A stretch of DNA of 64,000 nucleotides from Octopus sinensis (taxonomy: Eukaryota), in assembly GCF_006345805.1 (NCBI RefSeq), contig NC_043002.1, forward strand, positions 26,350,001 through 26,414,000, written 5' to 3'. Every line of letters starts with the position of its first letter. Position 1 is the first letter of the stretch. Positions 1 to 12,189 of this stretch are shown piece by piece. The notes under the pieces were generated by a model. It was not told the DNA's origin. It made no database searches and was given only the letters and a program-made list of their open reading frames with translations. The position numbers and the translations under genes were made by a program.

Positions 1-48
1 ATACTTGTCTATTGTCTCAGGTTTGACTTGAGCACTTCTATACACAGA

Positions 49-108
<60 letters not shown>

Positions 109-110
109 GG

Positions 111-295
111 TGGAGAAATCACGAAAAACAAAAGACGAAGACAGGTGGTGTAGAAAACAAGAGATGTATTAGTATAACGCTCGGGAATTGAAAAAGTATT
201 TTACGTTTCGAGCCTACGCTCTTCCACAGAAAGGAACACAGAAAGAAACAAGGAGAGAAACAAGGAGAGAAAAATGCGTAGTGGCTAACGATCTA
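111..295 (-). mobile_element. Penelope-like terminal repeat (pLTR family 1), solo copy with hammerhead-like motif
   Basis: Reverse complement of 13219-13416 and homologous to the 3' end of the GIY-YIG element (35630-35800). Minus strand reads CTGTGGAA-GAGC-GTAG-GCTC-GAAACGTA at ~199-233. Confidence 0.75.
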
Positions 296-489
296 CGAAT
301 ATATGTGTGTGTTTGTATATGTATGTATACACATGTCCCTATCGGTATATTTAAACATGTACACACCTTCATCTACCTATCTACTTACATATACATATAT
401 CTGCATTTGAGTTTGTGTACGTGTGTTTCGTGTGTCTACAATCAATGCTGAAGTAGTTTAAATTTCAGTACAATGGATATTAAAATATA

Positions 490-1210
490 GGCGTTCTATA
501 TGTAAGTGTTAATACCCTTTCATTAAGAGAAAAGGGAGTTTAGTGAGTTTGTATATTTTGTTCAGATATATGAAAAAGCTGGGAAATGCCTAGTGTGTTG
601 CCTTTAGTCTGTTGATCGCTAGTTTCAGTTTATGCATGAGGAAGGCATTCCTAATGCTTAAATTGCTGGTTTTACGCTCAATTGCCTTCATGGTACCCGA
701 CTGTGATATTTTTCGAGATATGTTTGGAATGATGCACTTGGTGACATGTGAACCTTGATTCAGTTATGTAGCTTTCAGAATATGCTCGCAAACTATTACT
801 TCAGAAAATTTGGTACACTGCTTAGGCTATCGACCATATCGTTGATGAGGTAGTTGGAAAATGTGCCCCTTCTGGCTCTGTCTATTCGTTAATTTCAAGA
901 TAAGAATTTCCTCAGTAAGAAACCGAGTTGCAGCATACATATGTACAGTCCCTATCTGTAGATCGCTTGCTGGATTCCAGGCTGTGATATTTCGGTCGTC
1001 GAAATATAGCATTCTCAGGAATCGCATACTATCTCCGGAAGTGTGAGTTTCTTTTGATATATATGAGGTTTGTGGGTCGAAATACAGTAGTCACCGGTTG
1101 TTTAGCGGAACCTTTTCAATTCGTTTGGCGTTAGTGTATGTATTCGCCGGATTCGTTGTATCTGTTGTGTCCGGAAAATTTTCTATGTATGCAACACTAG
1201 CTCAGGTGGG
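490..1210 (-). pseudogene. Decayed ORF of uncertain identity (LRR-like or LINE ORF2-like)
   Basis: One minus frame runs ~240 codons with only 5 stops and includes the track ORF 827-1027 (…KVPLNNR*LLYFDPQT…MRFLRMLYFDDRNITAWNP…AFLMHKLKLAINRLKATH*AFPSF…). No diagnostic motif fixes the family. Confidence 0.3.
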
Positions 1211-1403
1211 AAGGATGGATTCGCAGTGGATTTAATCAATTACAATATCAGATTAACTTCGAGAATCTACATAAATATCCCAGCTTTCAATGTTACGATT
1301 TTTGTGGTTTCCCATTGATTCATACTTCTTTATTGGTATCTATACTATTAACCCACTCACCCTACTCAAGAAATAAAAATTGATGGAGCGAATATAACAG
1401 CTC

Positions 1404-1441
<38 letters not shown>

Positions 1442-1442
1442 C

Positions 1443-1501
<59 letters not shown>

Positions 1502-2049
1502 CACATACATATATATATATATGTATGTATATATATATACATAGATACATATACATATACATACACACATACACTCACACACACATATAAAGATATATAT
1601 ACATACATATAAAACATGTATATAAATACATATGTGTGTGTGCGTGCGTCTGAGAGTGTTTCTGATTCGGTAATCATATTAATGCAGAGTAAAAACGAGC
1701 AACATTATGAAAAAAAACCCCCATAAAAGTCGATGCTTATTTCATAGATTCCATACAGGTCATGCCCTCCGTCGGCGAAACCACTCGATTTATACACATG
1801 CATGCATGCATACATACATACATACATACATACATACATACATACATACTTACATACATACATACATACATACAAACTAGTTTCGAGAGAGACGGGATGC
1901 ATCTCCAAAGATCGAGAGGAATTTATAAGATAAAAGGAGTGAAGGGTGAATAGGAAACAAACTATACAACGAGAAAGGAAATAGAATAAACGAAGAATTG
2001 CTTGGGATGGAATTTGAATGTAGGCAGATAAACGAAGTGATGTAATACT

Positions 2050-2690
2050 GACAGCGTTCACAAGCTGTCTTCACCTTACAATGCTGGAAGTTATACTACA
2101 GGAGTGTTTTTCTACTCCTAGTTTGCTTGTGTTTCAGGTGTGTTTCAGTCGTTCATGGAATGTTGAGATCCCGGTATCCTTAGACCTTGTACTACCTTCG
2201 TTGTCCACATAACAACAGTTTATGCATCATAAGAATTAGCTGGTATGTGCAAAGTGTGAACTGTGAGGTGAATGCCTCTGGGATCTGTATCACAAAAGGA
2301 TTCCCTCATTTGTAAAATTTTATCCTTGTCATTTGGTTTGAGATATATTTCGCAATCATCATTTGCGGAATGTGCTCACCTTTGCTGAAAATTTCATATT
2401 TCACTGCAATGCGGAATCGCTGGAAAATTGTTGAACTGTATAAGTATCTCAGACGCGATGCCTATTGTACATAGATTTAGATTTAAGAGATACGTTGGAA
2501 TACACCATCTGCATTCTCAACAAAACAATTTCACATATCAATTTGTATGCTTCCATCACAACCAATTATACTTAGTTGGAGAAATTGTCCACATCTCCTC
2601 AAACTATATATATAGTTTAGAGAGTGGGAGGTACATTTTAGATGACTAGGTAATTTGCATTTCTTATGTTCACCAGTCTGATTAATGCAC
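2050..2690 (-). mobile_element. Highly decayed Penelope-like endonuclease-region remnant
   Basis: Minus-strand peptides KCKLPSHLKCTSHSLNYIYSLRRCG and KTACERCQYYIT resemble the Cys-rich/GIY segment of PLE endonucleases; many stops. Confidence 0.3.
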
Positions 2691-2733
2691 TAAGCAAAAA
2701 TTTTTATGTTATAGTGAATCTTTTCTTTCTAAA

Positions 2734-2857
2734 GATAAACAGAATATGTTACATGGCACTCTAATGAAGGGTGTATTTTATTGTTATATAATCAAGCAAA
2801 GAATAAAACAAACAGTAATATATATACATATTTAGACACACACACACACACATATAA

Positions 2858-2893
<36 letters not shown>

Positions 2894-3115
2894 TGTATGT
2901 ATGTATATATATATGTATATATATATACATACATATATACATATACATACATACATACATACATATATATATATATAAAATATTCATTAGGCTCTTTGAT
3001 AAACAAAATATGTTACATGGCACTCTAATGAAAGGTGTAGTTTATTGTTATATAATGAAGGAAAAATAAAACAATAAGTAATATATATACATATTTACAC
3101 ACACACATATATATA

Positions 3116-3152
<37 letters not shown>

Positions 3153-3193
3153 TACGTAAATATATATATATATATATACATACATATATACAT

Positions 3194-3257
<64 letters not shown>

Positions 3258-3295
3258 TATATATGTATGTATATAAAATATTCATTAGGCTCTTT
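2734..3295. repeat. Tandem duplication, ~264-bp unit containing compound microsatellite
   Basis: GATAAACA(G/A)AATATGTTACATGGCACTCTAATGAA starts at 2734 and 2998; both copies end ATATTCATTAGGCTCTTT. Confidence 0.9.
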
Positions 3296-4447
3296 CCATT
3301 GCATCTTGCAAGGAAATATGAAAAAAGAATAAGAAAGTGATTGATGAGAGACATGGTCGAATTTTCAATATGATGCTCGCCCGCGCAGTTATATGTATTC
3401 ACACACACACACACACATGCATACATACACAGGCGCACACATGCACACACACACACACACGTGTACATATACAGACACACATGCATATTTAAATATACCC
3501 ATGGGCAGACACAAAGAATATTGTTGGACGAGAGAATGAAAGAAAGGATATATGTGTGTGTGTGTAAAACAAAGGGAGAGATAGAAAAAGAGAGAATGAT
3601 TTTAATGTATTTCAGTGGTCCGGCCCTTTTCAAAGTAAATGATTTATTGAAGTCAATTTCGATTTGGAAACTGAATTTTCCACAGCAAAGACCAAATTAA
3701 AAAACAAAAATAAAACAACAAAGATAAAGCAAACAAACTATAATTGAACATATTAAATTAGCTTTGACACATGTATGGAAGTATTTTCGATTAACTGTAA
3801 ATGATAAATGGTAAAATCTGCCTTATTTCAAAATTTTAAATAAGATATTTAAATAAGATTATTTTAGCATTTTACATTTCGCTATTGTATTTGAGGGATG
3901 AAATGAATGTGCGGCTTATTTATTCGTGACACAAGGACGAGATTATGTGTTCGATTTCAGCGTACGCATCTTCAGCAATTAATTAATGTTTTTATGAGAT
4001 TTAGTCTTGGTCCTATAAAAAAATTAATGTACTGATATTTCGTTTGCGTACAGTCTACTGTGTCTGTGCTACATGCCGCTTCATCATTTAACCAATGGTA
4101 TCGCATATATTTACCTGTGTATATAGACATACCTACATTTATATATATGTGTGTGTATGTGTGTGTAGCACTTTATTTTACGCGCAGTATAGAAAAAAAA
4201 ACTCAATTGACCATAATTGTTTTATTTATTCAGGTGTTAACATCCACTTTCGGACGTCTTTAAATTTATAACGTTACATCAAGGGAAACATATCGTCTGA
4301 ACTCCAAACTGTGAAGTACTTCGGAACTAATCAATAGCAGCGTGAAGGATAACATCCGAAAAAGCCTTATGCATATGTGTGTACGGGCGTAGTTTGTGTG
4401 TGTGTATGCACACACACACAAACACACACATGCACACACACACACAG

Positions 4448-4481
<34 letters not shown>

Positions 4482-5865
4482 CGTTTATACATATCGAGGC
4501 TAAGTTTTCCCAAATGGATGGGAACACCTTTCTCCATATAACTGGCTTGAAAAATTGTTAAGACACTAGGATGTTTCCTACTTTTCTTAACATGAAACCA
4601 ATGGTAACCTTAGTTCTCAAATAAAGAAATTAAAGCCACCAATGCGGATTTGAGCACTCATTTTCATCGTCTGATATTTCCGTATATATGTACATATATG
4701 CGCCCCAGGAGTCAAAAGCACAACTTCATGATTGATAGGTAAATATACTCCTAACCACTTAGCCACGCTCCTTTGCCAACTTTTGTATTTGAGATTTAAA
4801 CACCATGATTACTTAAAGGAGGTTAGTACATAAATCAGGTATGAAATTAAGTTAAGGAAAAGTGAGTATAAGGTTTGAAATATGATAGCCAGTTGCTACA
4901 TATAACTCAAAATGTTCAAAAGGAATTTAAGGGAAATGCAGTATTCAGTTGAAACTTGTGATGTGACTAAGTCCTTTAACTGAATATACGAGTATACATT
5001 GGAGTTCAGAAGAACAATTTGAATTGATCGAGAGTTAAAAATTACAAGAGGATAACAAGTATGAGATAATTTTTGCTGTAAGCTAGGTTAAAGTTGTAAA
5101 ATTTTGAAGGGAAGAATTTAGAAGTGGTGGGAATGCTATGAAAATTAGATGACTTATCTAAGACACGTAAAAAACGTGTCTTATCACGTTTTAGCTAGTA
5201 TGATGTAAGGGTAGATGAAAAACGATAAACTGTGGTATTCATTAACCAGTTGACAGATATAAGGAATAAATATAATTTAGATTGAATGAGGTTACGATTT
5301 TATAGATAGTGATTGGTGTATAATTCATACGTCTGGAAACAAGTACTGTAGAAGTTATCGAAAAGTTTTCCGATCTCCAACCAAACCTCCCTCAAGAAAT
5401 TTTCTAATTTACAGACTCAAACGTACGTACACTCACATGAATATTTATTTGATGGAAGATAGATGGCAGCCCTTTCTTTTTTAATTTTAATTTTTTATGT
5501 TTGATAAAATTTAAAATTTTTAAATAATTTTTTTTTATTCAATTTTATTTATTTCCATTTTTATACATGAATATATACACACTTTTTTTTATAATTCTTC
5601 ACTTTCGCATGTATCCATAGGCCTGAAATAATATATTATAAAATACCTATGTTTGAAACAGAATTCAAGAAATATTTATAAACACTTAGCCCACAGACTC
5701 TGCTTCCATGAACCACATAGGTTAAAATTTCTACATATTTGAAGTGATTCTAGAACAGCGAGCGCATAAAAGAAACATAGCAACCAACAATCTTTATATC
5801 CACCAACATCCCTTTGTGAACATAAAAACACAAAATAAACAACTTTCTATATTCTTTTATACTCT

Positions 5866-6018
5866 AGGTACGAGGCCCGAAATTTTTAAGGAAGGAAGCC
5901 AGTCGATTAGATCGACCCCAGTATGCAGCTGGTACTTAATCTATCGACCCCCTACGGATGAAAGTCAAAGTCGACCTCTGTGGAATTTGAACTCAGAACG
6001 TAAAGACAGACGAAATAC
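5866..6018 (-). mobile_element. SINE family S3 variant, head-truncated
   Basis: Shares the GTCGAC…CATCC…GGTCGAT…AAGTACCAG body with 6019-6250 and 25716-25937 but has a different 3' tail. Confidence 0.7.
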
Positions 6019-6250
6019 CTATTTCATTACTACCCACAAGGGGCTAAACACAGAGAGGACAAACAAGGGCAGACAAACGGATTAAGTCGATTATATCTAC
6101 CCCAGTGCCTAACTGGTACTTATTTAATTGACTCCGAAAAGATGAAAGGCAAAGTCGACCTCGGCGGAATCTCAACTCAGAACGTAACGGCAGACGAAAT
6201 ACCGCTAAGCATTTCGGCAGGCAAGCTAATGTTTCTGCCAGCTCGCCGCC
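6019..6250 (-). mobile_element. tRNA-derived SINE family S3, full length
   Basis: Reverse complement of 25716-25937; head GGCGGCGAGCTGGCAGAAAC with a B-box-like GAGTT(G)AGATTCC segment; central GTCGACTTTGCCTTTCATC segment. Confidence 0.85.
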
Positions 6251-6791
6251 TTAAATATTTTTTTTTATTAACAACAGCATGATATGCCGGACTTATAATA
6301 TCCAGCTTCCAAATACAAAGCGGAAACACTCTAAATAACAACATGTAAAAAACTGACCAGCTAAAGCATAACACCTTACATTCTTTTGTAAACCCTTAAA
6401 AATTTTAATACAACTCACTAACTTCGATATTAAAAACTGGACTAAACTTTGAGTCTCTGAAATTTAAATTGCCAAAGCAAAGAATTAGATCTAATAAAAC
6501 CAAAAATAATTGAAACAACTGGCACATCAAACGATCCAGAAACTTTCTATACCTACCTACATACTTTTGGTGACACACTAGAAACCATCCCATGATCTGA
6601 GACAGGCGCGCCTAAGTCCGCTGCCCTAACCACTGGGCCATTGCGCCTCCATTCAATAACATTCTTACTGAAGAATAATAAATGTGCACTCTACCAAAGT
6701 ATATTTGCATTCTACAAAAGTAACTCTACATTAATTTAAAATTGTTTTTATTATAAATAAACATAAAACCAAGAATTAATATGTATAAATA

Positions 6792-7646
6792 CAGGTTGTT
6801 CGAACTAAATTTGATAGTTTGCATAAAAGGAAAATAAGACACTATATCTCATCAGAAAATAAAGTATTTTAAAAAGTACCAACTAGATTATGGCTGGGAG
6901 ATTACACTTTATTCAAACTAGCCCTCCTCAGCTTCCATCACAGCCTCAAGGCGGCTCCAGAATGATGGCACATGTGTTCTTCACAATCTCCCTGTGAAGA
7001 TCTTCGAACAACTCACTGATCTTGGCCACAGCTGAGTAGTTGGTGTCTTTCTCAACCGCACCCTACACACAATAATCCACGAGATTACAGCTGGAGGAAC
7101 TAGGAAGCCAGAAATTTTGTCTGGAGAAGCCGTAGAGATTCTCTGACAACCATTTCTGACTCTTTCTGGTGGTATGTTGTTGAGCCGATCCCGCTGCCGC
7201 ATTTGTGGCTGTCCAGCATCAACCCTCTCCAGCCAAAGATTGACCACTATATCCAGCAGCTTCACACACCTTCATGAATAGAACGTAATATTCTGTTCAT
7301 AGATGTTGGTCGAATTTCGACGTGTGTATGCAGTTAGAACGCCTGTTGTGTCCCTTTCTGCAGGCCATAGCTTTGTACTCTCCGTTGCGGTTGTTCATAA
7401 GCCTTTGCGGTGTTCACAGAGCATTGCGCAACGGTCATGATGACGGCATTTTGGTACTCGGTACGACGCATTATTATGCTGGCAAGTCTTTTCCAATATT
7501 CTGGTGGGTCCATTTCAGCTGACTTTTTCTCAACAACAATTTCCATCATTATGCTCTCCAATACCGTTAACTGTTCATCAATACATCAAGCTGTTTCTGA
7601 AATAAAGGATACATAAAATGTCGTCAAATTTATTCCGAACACCCAG
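6792..7646 (-). mobile_element. maT/DD37D-type Tc1-mariner element, internally deleted, both TIRs present
   Basis: TA-flanked imperfect TIRs CAGGTTGTTCGAACTAAATTTGA / reverse-complement CTGGGTGTTCGGAATAAATTTGA. Minus-strand fragments: EYWKRLASII (N-term), KSQKWLSENLY, FWLPSSSSCNLVDY (WPPSSPDLNPLD-like), GAVEKDTN. Confidence 0.85.
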
Positions 7647-7659
7647 TATATGTACGTTC

Positions 7660-7724
7660 GTATGTATGCATGCATGTATGTATGTATGTATGTATGTATG
7701 TATGTATGTATGTATGTATGTATG

Positions 7725-7752
<28 letters not shown>
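7660..7752. repeat. (TATG)n microsatellite
   Basis: Near-perfect tetranucleotide run; representative of many (TA)n/(TACA)n/(CA)n runs in the window. Confidence 0.95.
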
Positions 7753-7758
<6 letters not shown>

Positions 7759-8251
7759 TGTAAGTATGTATGTATATTGATACGCTGTACACACATGCAT
7801 ATATGTCTGTGTGTAATGGGAGACGGAAAAGTTTGTAATATCGCCTGGGGATTTGAGCGTCGCGTCTGCTTCAAATTATTTATCTGTGCCAACCACTACA
7901 ACCTTTGAACTAGATTTATGATTGAGTTCAGAGGCATTTGTCATAGCTGTATCTAGGGTTTGTTTAGATAATAATATACTTCTGTGTATTTATTTATGAA
8001 TATTCATGAAAGGTGTTTTTTTAAATACAAAGTGATTATCACTTGAAACACGTTATCTTTTCTTTATTTTTTTTTTCCTTTTTGGCAGCAGAAATCTTCA
8101 TCACAAGCAGCAAACTTAATTAAATATTTCCATGATGCCCTCCTCTGTATTTTCTTTCGTTTACATTCCCTGAAAGAATACTATTATTCTCCTGTCGCTG
8201 TCAGTTTATTGTACACCTCCAATCTATACATTTCTTCACCTATTAATACTC

Positions 8252-9370
8252 CGAGGGTTGGTTGAAAATTTCATAGCGTGATTATGAATGAGTGACGCTG
8301 GAGCTGTAAAATCCTGTATGCAGTAATTTCAACACTTTTTATTAATTATTATTTTTTTCAGATAAACTGATATCTGAGTGTACAAAGGAGATTTCAAATG
8401 TAACTAGTAGCCAATTCTCTTGAAAATGGACAAAATCAAGAAAAAGGCTTAGCCCTGAGGCCATTAAAGCTGATATGACTACTACATTAGTGGATAGCAA
8501 TCCAGATTTATGAACAGTACAAAAATGGGCATCTGAAATTAGGAGAGGAAGGAAGAGACTCGAAGTTATCCCAAGGTCTGGACGCCCTGCCATTGCCACC
8601 ACTGAGGAAGACATTCATAGTGTTCAGCACATGGGGACGGATGACAGGTGATTTGGTATAAATCAAATATCCAATGATATTAACATATCTCGCATGTGAG
8701 TTTAAGAATATTCTGCACAATGAACTTGGCATGACGTAGGTTTCTGCTTGGTCGGTGCCACATCTTCTGACTCCTCATCAAAAGCGCACCAGGCTGATCA
8801 CGTCAAGGGGAAAATCTGACATTGTTGCAGACAGATCCAGCTGATTTTCTTAGGAGTATCTTAACCCAGGATGACTGTTGAATTCATCACTTTGTGTCAA
8901 AGAAAAAGAAGCAATCCGTGCAGGGGAAACTCCCCTCTTCACTTAATCCAAAATAGGTCACGTTCGTTTCACCTGCAGTTTTTTAGAATGCAAAATGCAT
9001 CGTGTTCATTGACTATCTTCAAAAGAGCCACACCATCAATGAAGAGTACTATACCAACCTGCTGAAGTAGTTATGAAAGGCCATCAAAACCAAATGTCCC
9101 GAAAAACTGACGAAAGTGGTCTTGTTTCATCAGGTCAATGCTCCAGCACACAAGCCCTTCGTTTCAATGGTTGCTGTGTGTGACTGTGGCTTTGAACTGT
9201 TTCACTACATTCCCTGTTCTCATGATTTGGCCTCATCTGACTATTATCTGATCCCCAACTCCCCAACCTCACAAAACATGCCTGGGAAACAGTTTCGCAG
9301 TTTATGTAACCAATCTGGTCACATTCCATGGTAGTAGTCTGGTTAGCCTATCAACTTTCAGCCAACTTTC
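8252..9370 (+). mobile_element. Mariner (DD34D) transposon, decayed, near full length
   Basis: Frameshifted transposase: KWASEIRRGR…PRSGRP, VSAWSVPHLLT (WVPH), FIDYLQKSHTINEEYY, LFHQVNAPAH, SHDLASSDYYL (YSPDLAPSDY). Terminal GAGGGTTGGTTGAAAA versus ACTTTCAGCCAAC. Confidence 0.92.
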
Positions 9371-9688
9371 ATATATATATATTAGGAATATTTTATCTTC
9401 CAAGTACAATTCTGTATAACTTAGTAATTATTTCTAATAAAGGTACAAGAGCCTCAATTTTGAGAGGAAGGATGAAAGACAAAGTCGACCTTGACGAGCC
9501 ATTTTTCCGACGCTATAACCATTCTTACAATGCATCGTATAAAGAGTATAAAATTATCAAATAATAAATATTATATTGATTCTACCATCATCTGTTCCTC
9601 ATTACGTTCATGTTATGTATACATAGTTACATAATCTCATTAAATAAACCATTTAATAACTTAGACGTGCTGTCTCACACACACACTC

Positions 9689-9721
<33 letters not shown>

Positions 9722-9785
9722 CACACATACACACACAAAAACTAACAAGCACTGTATTATATATATATATATATATAATTAATAT

Positions 9786-10635
9786 AATTAAAATGAGGGT
9801 GTCTAAGAGACACCAACATGCCGAAATAGCGTCGAAACTCTGACTAAAAACCACGTTATGTATATATCTGTATTTATGTACTCTTGATATATTCAACCGA
9901 TGACGGTAAAGCTTATTTAAAGCAAAACCAGAAATCCTGGATCTTGAATTATTCAATAATTTTTGCTTGTATATTTTGTCTATCTGTCTTATCTCATGGT
10001 GCGACACGAACCCTTAACGGGTTTATAGTCAGAGTTTACTGCTATTTCGCATGTTGGTGTCTCTTAGACACCTCATTTTTGTTAAAAATTAGTACCTTTG
10101 TACGGTATTTTTCCCATGCTGGCCACTAGATATAGGATACTTAAATATCGATATTATCCTCATATAAAATATATATAATTCGTTATTATTTTCACTGCGG
10201 TTGTTTATTTTAACCGTGTCGTACTTTGGGATGATTCGGCGGGTAATTAACTGGCCGCGTGCATACGTGCATATGTATTTATGTATGGACGTTCGATATG
10301 TAAGTATATCGTTTTTCTGCATGTATATATCTGTATTATGTCTCTTGATATATTAAACGATGACGGTAAAGCTTATTTAAAGCAAAACCAGAAATCCTGG
10401 ATCTTGAATTATTCAATAATTTTTGCTTGTAATTTTGTCTATCTGTCTTATCTCATGGTGCGACACGAACCCTTACGTGGTTTTATAGTCAGAGTTTCGA
10501 CTGCTATTTCGCATGTTGGTGTCTATAGACACCCTCATTTTTAATTGTAATATATACTTTGTACGGTATTTTTCCCATGCTGGCCAATAGAATATGGATA
10601 CTTAAATATCGATATTATCTCATATATAAATATAT
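9786..10635 (+). repeat. ~320-bp unit in direct duplication (9858-10176, 10321-10635) preceded by an inverted partial copy (9786-9855)
   Basis: ATGTATATATCTGTATT starts at 9858 and 10321 (offset 463). 9786-9855 is the reverse complement of 10017-10080. Copies differ mainly by 1-nt indels. Confidence 0.9.
9891..9949 (+). ncRNA. Candidate type-I hammerhead ribozyme (U4C core variant)
   Basis: ATTCAA-CCGATGA-C-GGT…ACC-A-GAAA-TCCTGGA-TC-TTGAAT: 6-bp helix I (ATTCAA/TTGAAT), helix II GGT/ACC with an inner GCTT/AAGC hairpin, helix III ATC/GAT, predicted AUC cleavage after 9943. Atypical C10.1/A11.1 mismatch. Confidence 0.6.
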
Positions 10636-11459
10636 ATATATATATATATATGTATGCATTTTTACACATTCACATTTCTTGCTGTGACGGACCTCCATTA
10701 ATAAAATAATTTATTACACAAATTTGCTTTCGAAATTGAATTCTGAAGTCCACATAGTTATTTTTCCTTTAATGCTGATTGAATATCTTGATTTAGCTTT
10801 GACTTATATAATCGCTTGTTCAGTAAGCTATATATTATTTCTCCAAAATCTGACATAATTTAAAACTCCAACTAAAATATTTAAATCATAATATTGTTGC
10901 ATTTTACTTTTACTAATTCTGTATTCCTCTTTGCAAGTCAGTCTTTGTGGGTGAGACGTTAGTGAAATGTACGAGAAGGAAATACGTTTTAAGATTAGAG
11001 AGCGAGCTAGAGAGAATTGAAAACAACGATTTGCATATACTTACTTCTCAATTATTGCCAACTCATGTATATGGTTAGAGGAGAGTTGCCAAAGGTTTCC
11101 TGTAGTGAGATCGAACTTCAAATTCACGTGATTATGAAACGAACGATTTAACCACATGGCTATATGACAGTAATAATACATGATTATTTGTTTTAAAATT
11201 TTCGAAGAGAAAAGCTATTTGAAAGAGAAAATAATTACAAGACAAACTAAGACGTTTTATTACATATTATAACATTCCTGAAATACCCAGAACAGAAGAG
11301 AACAGTAACGTTGACGCATTAGAAAATATTTTAGTGTAATAAAATCAAATTTGAATTTAGAACAAGAACTAAGAACTCGAAAATATGACTAACAGAAAAA
11401 TAAGTGCCATAAATTCTTCAGGATAGGTATTTAAATTCGCTGATAAGAAAAGAACTCTA

Positions 11460-11810
11460 TACCAATAAACAATGGCACTCGCATAAACAAGGTAAAAAAA
11501 CCGACGAAATCATATATAATGATATCGGCATAGAATCATAATCTAGAGGGGGAAACAGATATATCTCGTAAAAAATAATCAGCGTTTATTAGAGTGAAAG
11601 AACATAAAAAGTACGGCAGCTCAACCAAATGTAGATCCATGTAGCTAGCAATAATGACTTAGATACGCTTACTACGACAAAATATGACCGCCATCATGTA
11701 ATTTATCGGCACCGAAAAAGTCCAGCATGATTCAAAAGAGTCGGCCTCGAGTATTATTATTCAGTAACACCTATATCTAAAAATTATCTGCTTTGAACGA
11801 GCACACACAT
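11460..11810 (+). mobile_element. Decayed Penelope-like GIY-YIG 3' ORF remnant
   Basis: Plus-strand peptides EIIYNDIG…GNRYIS, FIRVKEHK and RVLLFSNTYI*KLSALNE match the order of PLE endonuclease motifs (Y…YIG…R.KEH…E..YI…LN). Confidence 0.4.
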
Positions 11811-11835
11811 ACATTACAAGGGACAATATATAGAA

Positions 11836-12000
11836 CAGGCATGGGCAAACGTTTTCAGTAAGATAGCCGATGAGACATGGTTCATTATCCAGCGGGCTGT
11901 ACTACAGAAAAATGAAGGTCGGTCATAATGCACGTAAAACTTTCCTAATGCATGTAAAGCATTATGGCCTGAGGTAGGTCATAATGCATGTAAAACCTGC
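11836..12000. mobile_element. hAT-like MITE terminus with internal GGTCATAATGCA(C/T)GTAAAA direct repeat
   Basis: Begins CAGGCATGGGCAAAC, a typical hAT/Tip100-like TIR; the second TIR was not found. Confidence 0.4.
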
Positions 12001-12189
12001 ACCCAATGCCAGAGCTGAAGACACCTCCGAAAGGGGGGGGGGGCACGTCAAAACGGTAGAGGAGTAGGGGCCGAAACCGGACGTGGTTCCTCCTGATGAT
12101 GTCCGGAGCTAACTGGATTCTATAAAGGAGCAGTTGTGGTAGCAGACCACGAAACGCGGTTGTAATTCCTTCCTAGTGAGAACACATGC

